Shown here: piece by piece, positions 41,025 to 50,111 of the stretch | Layout of the letters: the number at the start of each line of letters is the position of its first letter | How positions within the stretch are numbered: position 1 is the stretch's first letter | From: an uncultured Eubacteriales bacterium | GTDB taxonomy: Bacteria > Acidobacteriota > Aminicenantia > Aminicenantales > Saccharicenantaceae | Assembly: GCA_964523615.1 (NCBI GenBank) | Contig: CAZFZU010000004.1 | Location: 9,575-73,574, forward strand | DNA: 64,000 bases | Direction: 5' to 3' | Notes under the pieces: generated by a model | Told to the model about the DNA's origin: nothing | The model's input: only the letters and a program-made list of their open reading frames with translations | Database searches by the model: none | Made by a program: the position numbers and the translations under genes

Positions 41025-41541
41025 GCAAAAGGCGGCGGGTCGGGCTAGGGGAGACCGCCCCGGCCGGGCATCAGGCCGGAGCGGTCTCGGAGGGGGAATG
41101 GGGTCTATCGGCGATATCGAAAAGGAGGTCTTGGCCGGCCATTCTCGTCTCTCATCCCTATAAACGGACTTCCCCCGCCCCCCGTTGCATGTCTCTCTGT
41201 CACAGGACAAATCGGTTCTGCACCTTTTCCCGATTGTCCCTCTCGAGGCGGGTGAGCGGCAGGGAGCGAATTCTTCGGAGCGACCATCAGCCCCGCTTCG
41301 GAGTGACTCGAAGGAGCGGGGCTGGGGAATATCCTAAGTAAGTGCTTTCTCCCGATATTTCGCAGGATCGGGACTCCGGGTGCTCCGTCCCGATCCTGCC
41401 TGGTCCGCTCACCGGGATTCGCTCCCCGTTCCCCGGGGGGCCGGGGAGCCAGAGGATATCCCCGAGCTAACGCCGTGAGAGACTTCTAGCTCTGGGAGAA
41501 GAACCGAATTTTTTCGAACCCCCGTTCGATGACCAATACGA

Positions 41542-41571
41542 ATTATACCACAACTCCGGCCCCGGGTTCAA
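41542..41571 (-). promoter_or_regulatory. Candidate promoter TTGAAC-N18-TATAAT pointing into a gene-free region
   Basis: Minus-strand TTGAAC (41571-41566) and TATAAT (41547-41542). There is no convincing ORF downstream for ~480 nt, up to the hairpin at 41051-41088. Confidence 0.3.
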
Positions 41572-41767
41572 GGGTTTTCGGCGACTTTCGATAAATCGCC
41601 CCTAACATCCTCGTAGGCACGCTCTTCTCCCCATAAAAAGGCCCTTTTGGCGCTTTTCCGGCGATCGGGCCTTTTCCCGCCTTCGCCCCTGGCGGGGAGC
41701 CCCGAGAATGGGTTATATTGAATAGGCCGTTCGAGCCCGAAAATGGGCTCCGCACGAGGAGAAAAGC

Positions 41768-43180
41768 ATGAAAAACGAGGAATTCCGGCGCCACGGACAC
41801 CGGTTCGTGGACTGGATCGCCGATTATTTCGAGAACATCGAGAAATTCCCCGTCCGGTCCCGGGTCGAGCCGGGCCAGATCAAAGCCCTCGTCCCTGCCG
41901 TGCCCCCGTCCCGGGGAGAGGACATGGAGGTCCTCTTCGCGGATTTCGAGCGCGTGGTCATGCCCGGCATCACCCACTGGCAGCACCCGGGCTGGTTCGC
42001 TTACTTCCCGGCCAACAACAGCCCGGCCTCCGTCCTGGCCGAGCTCCTGACCGCCGGGCTGGGCGCCCAATGCATGAGCTGGCAGACCTCGCCGGCCGCG
42101 ACCGAGCTCGAGGAGGTCGTCTGCGACTGGCTGCGGCAGATGATCGGTCTGCCCGAGGGTTTCACCGGCGTCATCCAGGACTCGGCCTCCTCGGCCACGC
42201 TGTGCGCCCTGCTCTCGGCCCGCGAGCGGGCCACCGGCTTCGAGGCCAACGAGTCGGGCGCTCGGGCGCCCCTCACCGTATACGCTTCGAACGAGGTCCA
42301 CTCGAGCGCCGAGAAGGGCGTCAAGATCGCCGGCTACGGCCGCCGCAACCTCCGGCGCGTCCCCACCGACGCCCGCTTCGCCATGGTCGCGGACAAGCTC
42401 GAGGAGGCCATCCTCGAGGACAAGGCGGCCGGCCTGGTCCCGGCCCTGGTCATGGGTACGGCCGGCACGACCTCGTCCGGGGCCGTCGATCCCTTGCGCG
42501 CGATCGGCGAGATCTGCCGGCGGCACGGCGTCTGGTTCCACGTCGACGCCGCCTGGGCCGGCACGGCCGCCCTGCTGCCCGAGGCGCGGTGGGTGCTCGA
42601 CGGGGCCGAGCTGGCCGACTCCCTCGTCTTCAATCCCCACAAGTGGATGCTGACCAACTTCGACTGTTCGGCCTACTTCGTCCGCGACCCCGGGGCGCTC
42701 GTGCGGGCCCTCGAGATCAACCCCGAATACCTCAAGACCGGCGCCGACGCCAAGGCCAAGAACCTCCGCGACTGGGGGATCCCTCTCGGCCGGCGCTTCC
42801 GGGCCCTCAAGCTCTGGTTCGTCATCCGCGGCTACGGCGTCGAAGGCCTGCAAGCCATGGTCCGCGAGCACCTCCGGCTGGCGGCCCTGGTCAAGGAATG
42901 GGTCGAGGCCGATCCCCGGTTCGAGCTCATGGCCCCCGCGGACCTGGCCCTGGTCTGCTTCCGGCTGAACGACGGCCGCGACGAGGCCGGGCTCGACGAG
43001 CTCAACCGGCGCTTCCTCGAGCGCGTCAACGCGGCCGGTCCCGTCCACCTGACCCACACGTCCCTGGGCGGGAAGTTCACGGTCCGGCTGGTCGTCGGCC
43101 AGCGGACGACCGAGGAGCGCCACGTCCGCGGCGCCTGGGACATCCTCAGCGCCGCGGCCGGCGAGGTCCTGAAGGGCTGA
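41768..43180 (+). CDS. Pyridoxal-dependent aromatic-L-amino-acid/tyrosine decarboxylase (group II)
   Basis: AGGAG RBS. FR..GH..VDWIADY, HWQHP.WFAYFP, and the PLP-lysine motif NPHKW. Confidence 0.9.
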   Translation: MKNEEFRRHGHRFVDWIADYFENIEKFPVRSRVEPGQIKALVPAVPPSRGEDMEVLFADFERVVMPGITHWQHPGWFAYFPANNSPASVLAELLTAGLGAQCMSWQTSPAATELEEVVCDWLRQMIGLPEGFTGVIQDSASSATLCALLSARERATGFEANESGARAPLTVYASNEVHSSAEKGVKIAGYGRRNLRRVPTDARFAMVADKLEEAILEDKAAGLVPALVMGTAGTTSSGAVDPLRAIGEICRRHGVWFHVDAAWAGTAALLPEARWVLDGAELADSLVFNPHKWMLTNFDCSAYFVRDPGALVRALEINPEYLKTGADAKAKNLRDWGIPLGRRFRALKLWFVIRGYGVEGLQAMVREHLRLAALVKEWVEADPRFELMAPADLALVCFRLNDGRDEAGLDELNRRFLERVNAAGPVHLTHTSLGGKFTVRLVVGQRTTEERHVRGAWDILSAAAGEVLKG

Positions 43181-43190
43181 GGGGTTTCCG

Positions 43191-45191
43191 TCAGTCCGGT
43201 CCGAGCGCGTAGCGCAGGACGCCGTCCGGGTCGGCGAAGCGGACGAAGTAGCCCCAGCCGCCGGCGCCCTGCAGGACCTTGATGAGGACCCGGTTCCAGC
43301 CCTTCCTCAGCCGGACCGCGACACGGTCGAGGTCCGGTTCGGCCGCCCGGTAGGCCGGGTTCGTATGGACGAGTACGCCGTTGATCCACACTCTCACGCC
43401 GTCGTCGCTGCCGAGGAGGAGGTCGGCCTCCCGGTCGTCGGGGGACAGGACGTAGGCGGCCGCGTAGACGACGGCCTTCTCGTCGGGCTTGACGAGGCCG
43501 TCGAGCCGGACGTAGCCGGAGGCGTCGGCCCGCACGGTCCGCCAGCCGACCGTCGCTCCGCCCTTGCCCTTGTAGCTTTTGGCCGGCGCCGTCTCGGTCT
43601 CCGGCGGATAAACCGTCGGCAGGTCGTCCATGTCGGCCGCCTCGAACGGCCCGGCCAGGCGCCATTCCTCGACGAAGCGGCGGGCGGCCGGCCGGAGGGA
43701 ATAGCCGACGAAGAAGAGGTCGCTTCCCGCGCTCCTCCGGTCCTTGTCTTCGGCCTCGAAGACGACGGCGTTCGGGCCGGCTTCGAGGAGCTTCTTATCC
43801 AGGACGATCGAGGCCAACGCCGCTTCCGGAGCGTAGCCCTCGAGAGGCCGGCCCAGGACGCGAAAATTCCCCGCCGCGGGCCCCTTGAGGAAATGGACCT
43901 CGATGTCGTAGAGGTCGCGGACCCCGACGGGGAAGCGGAGCTCGGCCTTGTCCCCGGCCGCCGCGCCGTCCGTCCGCAGGACGGGGTAGCGGGCTCCCGA
44001 CGCGCCGTAGAACGAGGACAACGTCGAGGCCAGCCGCGGCCCGGTCATGGCCAGGCCCGCCGCGGCGTCGACGAAGCGGTCGAAGCGGCCCTCGGCCGCC
44101 GGCGCCCAGCGCGGCTGGATGAAATTCTCCGGCGGCTCGAAGGCGAAAGGCAGCCGCTCCGCGGCCGGCGGCAGGTCGGGGAACGGCCGGTGGGGCTCGG
44201 TCTGGTACCAGTAAGCGACCGAGGACAGGAAGTCGGCCCGGTCGTTGGCGTGGCCGTGCTCGATCGTGGCCTCGATCTTCCTCGCGAACGGGATGGGATC
44301 GGGGACGTGGAAGCGGTAGACCGTGGCCTTGGCCCCGGCCTGGAAATCCTCCTCTTGGAGGGGGCAGCCGTAGAAGGGGCTCTGGCCCTCGCGCATGCCC
44401 CAGGCGTCCGAATAGTAATCCTCCGAGCCCGTGCCGTGGAGGGACGGCCGGCTCTCGCCGTCGACGCGGATCATGTCGTCGCCCTCGCCCCACCAGCCCA
44501 GGGCCCGCTGGAGGACGCTGAGGTTGGTGCCGACGAGGTGCCCGGCGCCCTCGGCCGCGAGCAGGAGGTAGTTCCGCCCGGGCGCGGGCGGGAACTCCTG
44601 GCGGTACTGGGCGTGGAAATAGGGCGTGTCCGCGGCGAGGTCCGGGAGCTCCCGGTAATCGATGTAGTAATAGAACGCGTCGACCGGCCGGGCGCCCTCG
44701 TTCTTGACCGTGACGCGGCAAGACCGGCGGAAGGGCATGAACCAGTAGCAGTTCCGGGCCCGCCCTTCCGACGAGCAGACGACCGGCAGGGAGACGAAGT
44801 CCCGGTTCAGGCCGTGGCCGACGCCGAAGAAGTCGCCGATGGGGGCCTCGACCGAAGGCGACTTCTCGTTGTCCCAGTAGACGCGCAGGACGAGCTTGCG
44901 GCCGTAGAAGGGCTCGGCCGCGATCGTCGTCCAGATGTGGTGGATGGCGGCCGGGCCCTCGATCTCGGCCAGGACGGCCGTCTTGCCCGGAGCGATGACG
45001 ATCGAGTCGCGGTTGCCGCCGGATCTGTCGTAGGACGAGACACGGCGGCTCCGGTAATCCTGTTCCCGGCCGAGGCCTTGAAGAAGGTCCTGGCCGGCGA
45101 CGAGCGCGGCCGCGCCGATGAGGAGCGCGGCCGGGACGAGCCACGCCCGGGGACGGAGAGCGGCCCTGCGGCGGGATGTGACGGGCAGCAT
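43191..45191 (-). CDS. DUF2961 (GH172-like) glycoside hydrolase with C-terminal beta-sandwich domain, secreted
   Basis: Signal peptide. DUF2961 hallmarks (SSYDRSGGN.D, IHHIWTT, YWDNE, GTGSEDYY). Confidence 0.75.
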   Translation of the reverse strand: MLPVTSRRRAALRPRAWLVPAALLIGAAALVAGQDLLQGLGREQDYRSRRVSSYDRSGGNRDSIVIAPGKTAVLAEIEGPAAIHHIWTTIAAEPFYGRKLVLRVYWDNEKSPSVEAPIGDFFGVGHGLNRDFVSLPVVCSSEGRARNCYWFMPFRRSCRVTVKNEGARPVDAFYYYIDYRELPDLAADTPYFHAQYRQEFPPAPGRNYLLLAAEGAGHLVGTNLSVLQRALGWWGEGDDMIRVDGESRPSLHGTGSEDYYSDAWGMREGQSPFYGCPLQEEDFQAGAKATVYRFHVPDPIPFARKIEATIEHGHANDRADFLSSVAYWYQTEPHRPFPDLPPAAERLPFAFEPPENFIQPRWAPAAEGRFDRFVDAAAGLAMTGPRLASTLSSFYGASGARYPVLRTDGAAAGDKAELRFPVGVRDLYDIEVHFLKGPAAGNFRVLGRPLEGYAPEAALASIVLDKKLLEAGPNAVVFEAEDKDRRSAGSDLFFVGYSLRPAARRFVEEWRLAGPFEAADMDDLPTVYPPETETAPAKSYKGKGGATVGWRTVRADASGYVRLDGLVKPDEKAVVYAAAYVLSPDDREADLLLGSDDGVRVWINGVLVHTNPAYRAAEPDLDRVAVRLRKGWNRVLIKVLQGAGGWGYFVRFADPDGVLRYALGPD

Positions 45192-45227
45192 CGGGACCTC
45201 CTGGTGACGGGCCGGCCCCGCCGCGGC

Positions 45228-45695
45228 CTAGCGCGCGGGGCGCCCGGAATTCGGGCCGCCGGGGGTGCGGATGCGCGACTTGCGGTCCCGGCGGGTGTAG
45301 GGCTTGATGTCGAGGACGGGCGTGCCGTCGACGAGGTCGAGGCCGGAGACCTCGAGGATGGCGCCGTCGCGGCGGAGGAGCCGCAGGACGGTCATCCCGA
45401 CCGGATTGGGCCGGTGGGGCGAGCGGGTGGCGAAGATGCCCCGCTCCCGCGTCTCCCCCGGCGGCACGGCCTTGAGCTTGGCCGGGCCGGCCTTGTGGAA
45501 ATGGAAGAGGACGACGATGTGGGAGTACTCCTCGAGGCGGTCCAGGGCCGGGGCGTACTCGGGCCGGACTTCGATCGTCCCCGTCGAACGCTCGAAGAAG
45601 CCCCGGGGAGCGAAGGCCGGGGGCGGCAGGTCGGCCGGCTCCTTATAGGGCGAGCGGACGACGCCGACGGGCGTCAGACGGAGAGAGCCCGTCAT
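45228..45695 (-). CDS. trmO: tRNA (t6A37-N6)-methyltransferase TrmO/TsaA family
   Basis: L.PVG.V.SPY, GIFATRSP.RPNP[VI]G and VLDIKPY motifs. The ATG at 45695 overlaps the ilvE stop (ATGA). Confidence 0.85.
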   Translation of the reverse strand: MTGSLRLTPVGVVRSPYKEPADLPPPAFAPRGFFERSTGTIEVRPEYAPALDRLEEYSHIVVLFHFHKAGPAKLKAVPPGETRERGIFATRSPHRPNPVGMTVLRLLRRDGAILEVSGLDLVDGTPVLDIKPYTRRDRKSRIRTPGGPNSGRPAR

Positions 45696-46672
45696 TTGCC
45701 GACGTAGGTCAGCCACTTCGCGTAGCGGGGGTCGCGGCCGCCGACGGCGTCGGCGAAGGCCTTGATGAGGCGCTGGACGACGGGGCCGGGCTTGCCCGTG
45801 CCGATGGCGTGCGCCGCGCGCGGGCCGGCCGGATCGGAGCCGTCGGTGACGGAGACGATGGGGATGACCTCGACGGCCGTGCCGCAGTAGAAGGCCTCGT
45901 CGGCCCCGAAGAGGTCGTCCTTGGTGATCGGGCCGACGACCGTCTTGTAGCCGAGGCCCGCGCCGATCTCGAGGACGCTCGTCCGGGTGATGCCTTCGAG
46001 GGCCGATTCGGTCCGGCCGTTGGTGACGAGGGTGTCGCCCTTGACGATGAACACGTTCTGTCCCGGGCCTTCGGCGACGCGGCCCTCCATGTTCAGGAAG
46101 ATGGCCTCGTCGAAGCCCTGCTCGCGGGCCTCCATGCCGCAGATCGTCGACTGGACGTAGACGCCGCCGAGCTTGGCCGACATGTTGAACTGGGTGTGGT
46201 GGACCCGGCGCCAGGGCACGATCAGGGCGTTGACGCCGCGGGCGGCGTTCTCGCCGAGGTAGGCCGCCCACTCCCAGGCGCTGACGGCCATCTCGACCGG
46301 GCAGGCCTTGGGCACCAGGCCGAGGTTGCCGTAGGAGTAGAAGAGAAGGGGACGGATGTAACAGCTGTCGAGGCCGTTCTCCCGGACGGTGCTCTTGACG
46401 GCCTCGTCGATCTCGTTCTTGGTATAGGGGACCTTCATCTTGATGACCCCGGCCGACAGGAGGAATCGGTCGGTGTGTTCCGGCAGGCGGAAGATGGCCG
46501 GGCCTTTGTCGGTCTTGTAGGCGCGGATGCCCTCGAAGACGCAGGTGCCGTAATGGAGGGCGTGCATCATGGGGTGGAAATCGGCGGCGGACCAATCGTA
46601 GAACTTGCCCTGATACCAGTATTTCGCGGCCTTGGGGAAGTGGGTGTTGAGGAACATGGCAGGCTCCTTCAT
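45692..46672 (-). CDS. ilvE: Branched-chain amino acid aminotransferase
   Basis: Class IV aminotransferase motifs (LHYG..VFEG.RAY, YIRP, EG.G.N.F, GITR, E.F..GTA.E..P). The start may be the internal Met at 46657. Confidence 0.9.
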   Translation of the reverse strand: MKEPAMFLNTHFPKAAKYWYQGKFYDWSAADFHPMMHALHYGTCVFEGIRAYKTDKGPAIFRLPEHTDRFLLSAGVIKMKVPYTKNEIDEAVKSTVRENGLDSCYIRPLLFYSYGNLGLVPKACPVEMAVSAWEWAAYLGENAARGVNALIVPWRRVHHTQFNMSAKLGGVYVQSTICGMEAREQGFDEAIFLNMEGRVAEGPGQNVFIVKGDTLVTNGRTESALEGITRTSVLEIGAGLGYKTVVGPITKDDLFGADEAFYCGTAVEVIPIVSVTDGSDPAGPRAAHAIGTGKPGPVVQRLIKAFADAVGGRDPRYAKWLTYVGK

Positions 46673-46835
46673 GTATTTGGGGAGGGACGGTCGGCGGGAA
46701 TCGGGTATAAGGGACCGTCCGCTCCGGCGCTGAACCGACTCAGCTTATAGAAGGCACGACCTCTCGGGGCGATCGGGCTGGATTCTCCGGCTTCGGAGAG
46801 AGGCCATCCTATCACACGGCGGGGGACAAGTAAAG

Positions 46836-47771
46836 CTAAGACGGGCGCCTTGAGAAGTAGGTCCGGCCGTCGTGGACGAGGCGGCGCACGCGGCCCCGGG
46901 CTTCCAGGGCGGAAACGGTCTTGAGGACCTCGTCGTGGTGGCGGCCGAGGGCGACGGCGATGTCGGCGACCGTTTGGGGGCGCCGGCCGACGGTGGCCAG
47001 GACCTTCCGGTCGAGGGCGCCGGCCGCGGCCGGCCGTTCCCGTTCGGCGAAGGAGGCCACGATCTCGGCTTTGGGCCCGAGGGCGGCCCGGACGCGGCGC
47101 AGGTCGGCCGGGCCCAGGGCCCCCGTCCCGGCCTCGGCCGGCGGGCGGACGACCGTGTTGAGCTCGACGCGGTCGGGCCGGATGCGGGCGATGGCCTTCT
47201 TGAGAGCGGTCAAGGCCGCGGGGGAATCGTTGACGCCCTTGACCAGCATGACCTCCAGCCGGATCTCGCCCTCGAACTCGTCGCGGAAGCGGGCCAGGCC
47301 CTCGATGACGCGGCGGTTGTCGAGCCCGGCGTGGGGGCGGTTGACGCGCCGGAAGAGGGCCGCCGGCACGGCGTCGAGCGACGGCACGACGACGTCGGCC
47401 GCCCGCAGGTCCCGCCGGACGTCGGCCCGGGTGAGGAGCGTCCCGTTGGTCAGGACGGCCACGGGGCGGCCCGTCTCGCGCTTGATGTCGCGGATGAGGC
47501 GCCCGATGTCCCTGCTCAGGGTCGGCTCGCCGGACCCGGAGAAGGTGACGAAGTCGATGCGGGGCTCGGCGGCGACGGCGGCCTTGACCTGGGCCAGGAT
47601 ATCTTCCGGCGGGAACCACGACCCCCGGCGCAGCCGGGTCTTGCCGGTCGAGCCGAGCTGGCAATACGTGCAGTCCAGGGTGCAGGTCTTGAAGGGGATG
47701 ATATCGACGCCGAGCGAGAAGCCCAGGCGCCGGGAGGCCACCGGTCCGTAGACGTGCCTGCGGGGGGCCAT
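46836..47771 (-). CDS. Radical SAM enzyme with C-terminal winged-helix-like domain
   Basis: YGPVASRRLGFSLGVD..FKTCTLDCTYCQLG (CX3CX2C). The C-terminal ~60 aa look like a wHTH (QTVADIAVALG..VLKTVSALEARGRV). I place the start at ATG 47771, which shares one nt with the stop of the upstream miniprotein (TGATG). Confidence 0.8.
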   Translation of the reverse strand: MAPRRHVYGPVASRRLGFSLGVDIIPFKTCTLDCTYCQLGSTGKTRLRRGSWFPPEDILAQVKAAVAAEPRIDFVTFSGSGEPTLSRDIGRLIRDIKRETGRPVAVLTNGTLLTRADVRRDLRAADVVVPSLDAVPAALFRRVNRPHAGLDNRRVIEGLARFRDEFEGEIRLEVMLVKGVNDSPAALTALKKAIARIRPDRVELNTVVRPPAEAGTGALGPADLRRVRAALGPKAEIVASFAERERPAAAGALDRKVLATVGRRPQTVADIAVALGRHHDEVLKTVSALEARGRVRRLVHDGRTYFSRRPS

Positions 47772-47974
47772 CAGGCGGCGTCCTTGTAGATCTCGATGAA
47801 GCGCTTGAGGGACCGGTCGTAGGTCCGCTCGACGGCATCGGGGAACAGGCAGGCCGGCAGCTCCCGGTTCCGCCAATGGTAGGCCAGGCAGTCGCAACAG
47901 ACGCCCTTCCGGCCGCAGGGCTCGTAGCTGCAGTTGCAATGGGCTTCGTTCTTGGCGCTCTTGCATTCGCTCAT
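47771..47974 (-). CDS. Cysteine-rich 67-aa protein (8 Cys, 2 His in the first 42 residues)
   Basis: GGAGAGG RBS 5-6 nt upstream of the ATG. Sequence: [44 protein letters not shown]... Translationally coupled to the radical SAM gene. Confidence 0.6.
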   Translation of the reverse strand: MSECKSAKNEAHCNCSYEPCGRKGVCCDCLAYHWRNRELPACLFPDAVERTYDRSLKRFIEIYKDAA

Positions 47975-48093
47975 GGGGACCTCTCCGCCCGGGATGGGCT
48001 TCCTTATTATATAGGTTCCCCCGGCCGCGGGGAATGGACGGCCGGGGGCGATTCGGGTATCATAGGCGCCATCAAGGAGTTAGTGAGGACGCC

Positions 48094-48492
48094 ATGCCCG
48101 GCTACACGGACCGCGAAGCCAAGGCCGGCCTCGGGACGAAACTGCCGTCCCTGGAGACCTTCGCCAACCAGTTCCCCGACTACGAGATCACCGTCGAGGT
48201 CCCCGAGTTCACTTCGGTCTGCCCCAAGACGGGTCTGCCCGATTTCGGCCGCCTGACCCTGACCTACGCTCCCGTCAAGCGGGTCCTCGAGCTCAAGTCC
48301 CTCAAGGAGTACTTCCTGGCCTACCGGAACCTGGGCATCTTCTACGAGAACGTCGTCAACCGCGTCCTCGAGGACGTCGTGGCCGCCTGCCGGCCGTCGC
48401 GGGCCGCCGTCCGGGGCGAGTTCAATCCCCGCGGCGGGCTGAGCTCGATCGTCGAGGCCCGCTACCCGCGGACCCGGAAGCGGCGGCCCTGA
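48094..48492 (+). CDS. queF: NADPH-dependent 7-cyano-7-deazaguanine (preQ0) reductase, short type
   Basis: E..SVCP.TG.PDF catalytic Cys motif and the LELKSLK.Y QueF motif. Start at ATG 48094. Confidence 0.9.
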   Translation: MPGYTDREAKAGLGTKLPSLETFANQFPDYEITVEVPEFTSVCPKTGLPDFGRLTLTYAPVKRVLELKSLKEYFLAYRNLGIFYENVVNRVLEDVVAACRPSRAAVRGEFNPRGGLSSIVEARYPRTRKRRP

Positions 48493-48546
48493 CCGGGGGC
48501 CGCTTCCCCCCCCGGCACTCCGAACGGACCCTCTCCCCGCGCCCCG

Positions 48547-49497
48547 ATGAACCCTTTCCGCCCCGCGCCGACGGCCAACGGCCCCCGCCTCTGCTGCACC
48601 GACCTGCTCATCGTCCTGGTCGTCGTTCTCTGGGCCGTCAACCTCTCGGTCATCAAGATCGGACTGCGCGTCCTCACGCCCCACGCCTTCAACGCCGTCC
48701 GGCTGGGATTGGCCGCGCTGGCCTACCTGGCGGTCCTGCTGGTCCGCCGGCCGCGGTTCCGGCCCGGGCGCCGCGGCGACGGTTGGAAAGCCGCCGGCCT
48801 CGGCCTGCTCGGCATCACCTTCTACCAGGTCTTCTTCATCCGGGGCGTCGACACGATGAACGCCTCGACGGCCTCCGTGGTCATGGGCACGAGCCCCATC
48901 TTCATCGCCCTGCTGGCCACGGCCGTCGGCGAAGAGCGCGTGACCTGGGCCGGTTGGGCCGGCATCGCCATCTCCTTCGGCGGCTTCCTCCTCGTCCTGT
49001 CGGGCGAGAACGGCGGGCTGGTCTTCACTTGGGAGGCCTGGCGGGGCGCCCTCCTCATCCTGCTCGCCAACGCCTGCTGGGCGGGTTACACGGTGTTCTC
49101 GAAGCCCGTCCTCGACCGCAACGCCGCCTTCGACCTCGCGGCGATCGGGACGGTGGCCGGGACCGCGGTCTACCTGCCGTTCGCCGCCGGCGACCTGGTC
49201 AGGACCGACTGGGCGGCCGTGCCCTGGCAGGGTTGGGCGGCCATCGCCTACGCCGGCCTGGTGGCCATCTTCCTCTGTTTCGTCCTCTGGTACCAGTCGG
49301 TCAAGAAGGTCGGGGCCGCCAAGACCGGCGTCTACGGCAACCTGACCCCCATCCTGGCCATCCTCTTCGCCGGCCGGATCCTGGGCGAGCGCCTCACGGC
49401 GGTCCAGGCCGCCGGCGCGGCCGTCACGCTGGCGGGCGTCTATCTGACGCGGTCCGGCTACCGGTTCTTCGAGCGCCGCGGTCAGCGGATCCCGTAG
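48547..49497 (+). CDS. EamA/DMT-family transporter
   Basis: Ten predicted TM helices in two EamA repeats. The 3' end overlaps the convergent queE by 16 nt. Confidence 0.8.
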   Translation: MNPFRPAPTANGPRLCCTDLLIVLVVVLWAVNLSVIKIGLRVLTPHAFNAVRLGLAALAYLAVLLVRRPRFRPGRRGDGWKAAGLGLLGITFYQVFFIRGVDTMNASTASVVMGTSPIFIALLATAVGEERVTWAGWAGIAISFGGFLLVLSGENGGLVFTWEAWRGALLILLANACWAGYTVFSKPVLDRNAAFDLAAIGTVAGTAVYLPFAAGDLVRTDWAAVPWQGWAAIAYAGLVAIFLCFVLWYQSVKKVGAAKTGVYGNLTPILAILFAGRILGERLTAVQAAGAAVTLAGVYLTRSGYRFFERRGQRIP

Positions 49498-50111
49498 ACC
49501 TTGTGGAGCTGGACCGAGAGGCGGATGCCGCCGAGCCCCGCCAGCGAGGCCCGTTCGAGGAGCGCCGCGGCCTTCCTCAAGCTCCAGCCGGCGTTGGACT
49601 GCGGCTGGAGGAAGACCGGCGTCGCGGCCGGGAAGGCGGCCCGGACCGTCCGGACCGCGTCGAGCGTGAGCGAGCGGCAGACGACGAGCTTGACCTCGCG
49701 GGCCCGCCGGGCGAAGGCGGGGTGGACCGCGTAGTCCGGCGGCTTGGGCGAGACCGTGTGCCAGTCGGCCCGCGGCTCCGGCGGGAAGGTGCCGTTGGTC
49801 TCGACCTGGACGAGGTAGCCCTCGGCGTGGAGGCGGTCGACGAGCGGGCCGACGTCCTGGGCCAGCGGTTCGCCGCCGGTCAGAGCGACCCAGGCCGCGG
49901 GCAGGGGGGCGCCGAGCCGCACGACCTCGGCGACGACGGCTTCGACGGCGAGCTCGCGGCCGCCGCGCCAGGCCGTCTTGGTGTCGCAGAAGCCGCAGCG
50001 GAGGTTGCAGCCGGCCAGGCGGACGAAGACGGTCGGCTCGCCCTGGCGCAGGCCCTCGCCCTGGACCGAGGCGAAGATCTCAGTCGTTTTCAGAGTAGGT
50101 GGCCGACGCAT
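49482..50111 (-). CDS. queE: 7-carboxy-7-deazaguanine synthase (radical SAM)
   Basis: EIFASVQGEG..G.P.VFVRLAGCNLRCGFCDTK. The annotated start overlaps the queD 3' end by 32 nt, so the true start may be slightly downstream. Confidence 0.85.
   Translation of the reverse strand: MRRPPTLKTTEIFASVQGEGLRQGEPTVFVRLAGCNLRCGFCDTKTAWRGGRELAVEAVVAEVVRLGAPLPAAWVALTGGEPLAQDVGPLVDRLHAEGYLVQVETNGTFPPEPRADWHTVSPKPPDYAVHPAFARRAREVKLVVCRSLTLDAVRTVRAAFPAATPVFLQPQSNAGWSLRKAAALLERASLAGLGGIRLSVQLHKVYGIR

Noticed and set aside
41130-41215. Minus-strand GGGGGAAGTCCGTTTATAGGGATGAG and ACAGAGAGACA, reminiscent of RNase P RNA conserved regions or of a second B12 aptamer.
   Set aside because: The motif order is wrong for RNase P and the invariant GUCCGGGCU is missing. 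The segment lacks the B12 box and the CUGUAA core of a cobalamin aptamer. I kept it only as part of the unexplained-region finding.
41401-41450. Minus-strand ..GGGGAGCGAATCCCGGTGAGCGGACCA, resembling a tRNA/tmRNA T-arm plus an acceptor-CCA end. A complementary CCGCTCACC lies ~150 nt downstream, which could hint at a permuted tmRNA.
   Set aside because: The T-loop is AGCGAAT rather than TTCGAAT/TTCAAAT. The putative acceptor lacks the G3-U70 alanine identity pair, and no tag ORF or pseudoknots are evident. A 9-mer complement within 500 nt is expected by chance.
47975-48093. Looked for a preQ1 riboswitch upstream of queF, and likewise upstream of queC at 51129-51239.
   Set aside because: No short P1 hairpin followed by an A-rich tail and an ACUA/ACCCC-type element was seen. 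Only promoter-like hexamers are present.
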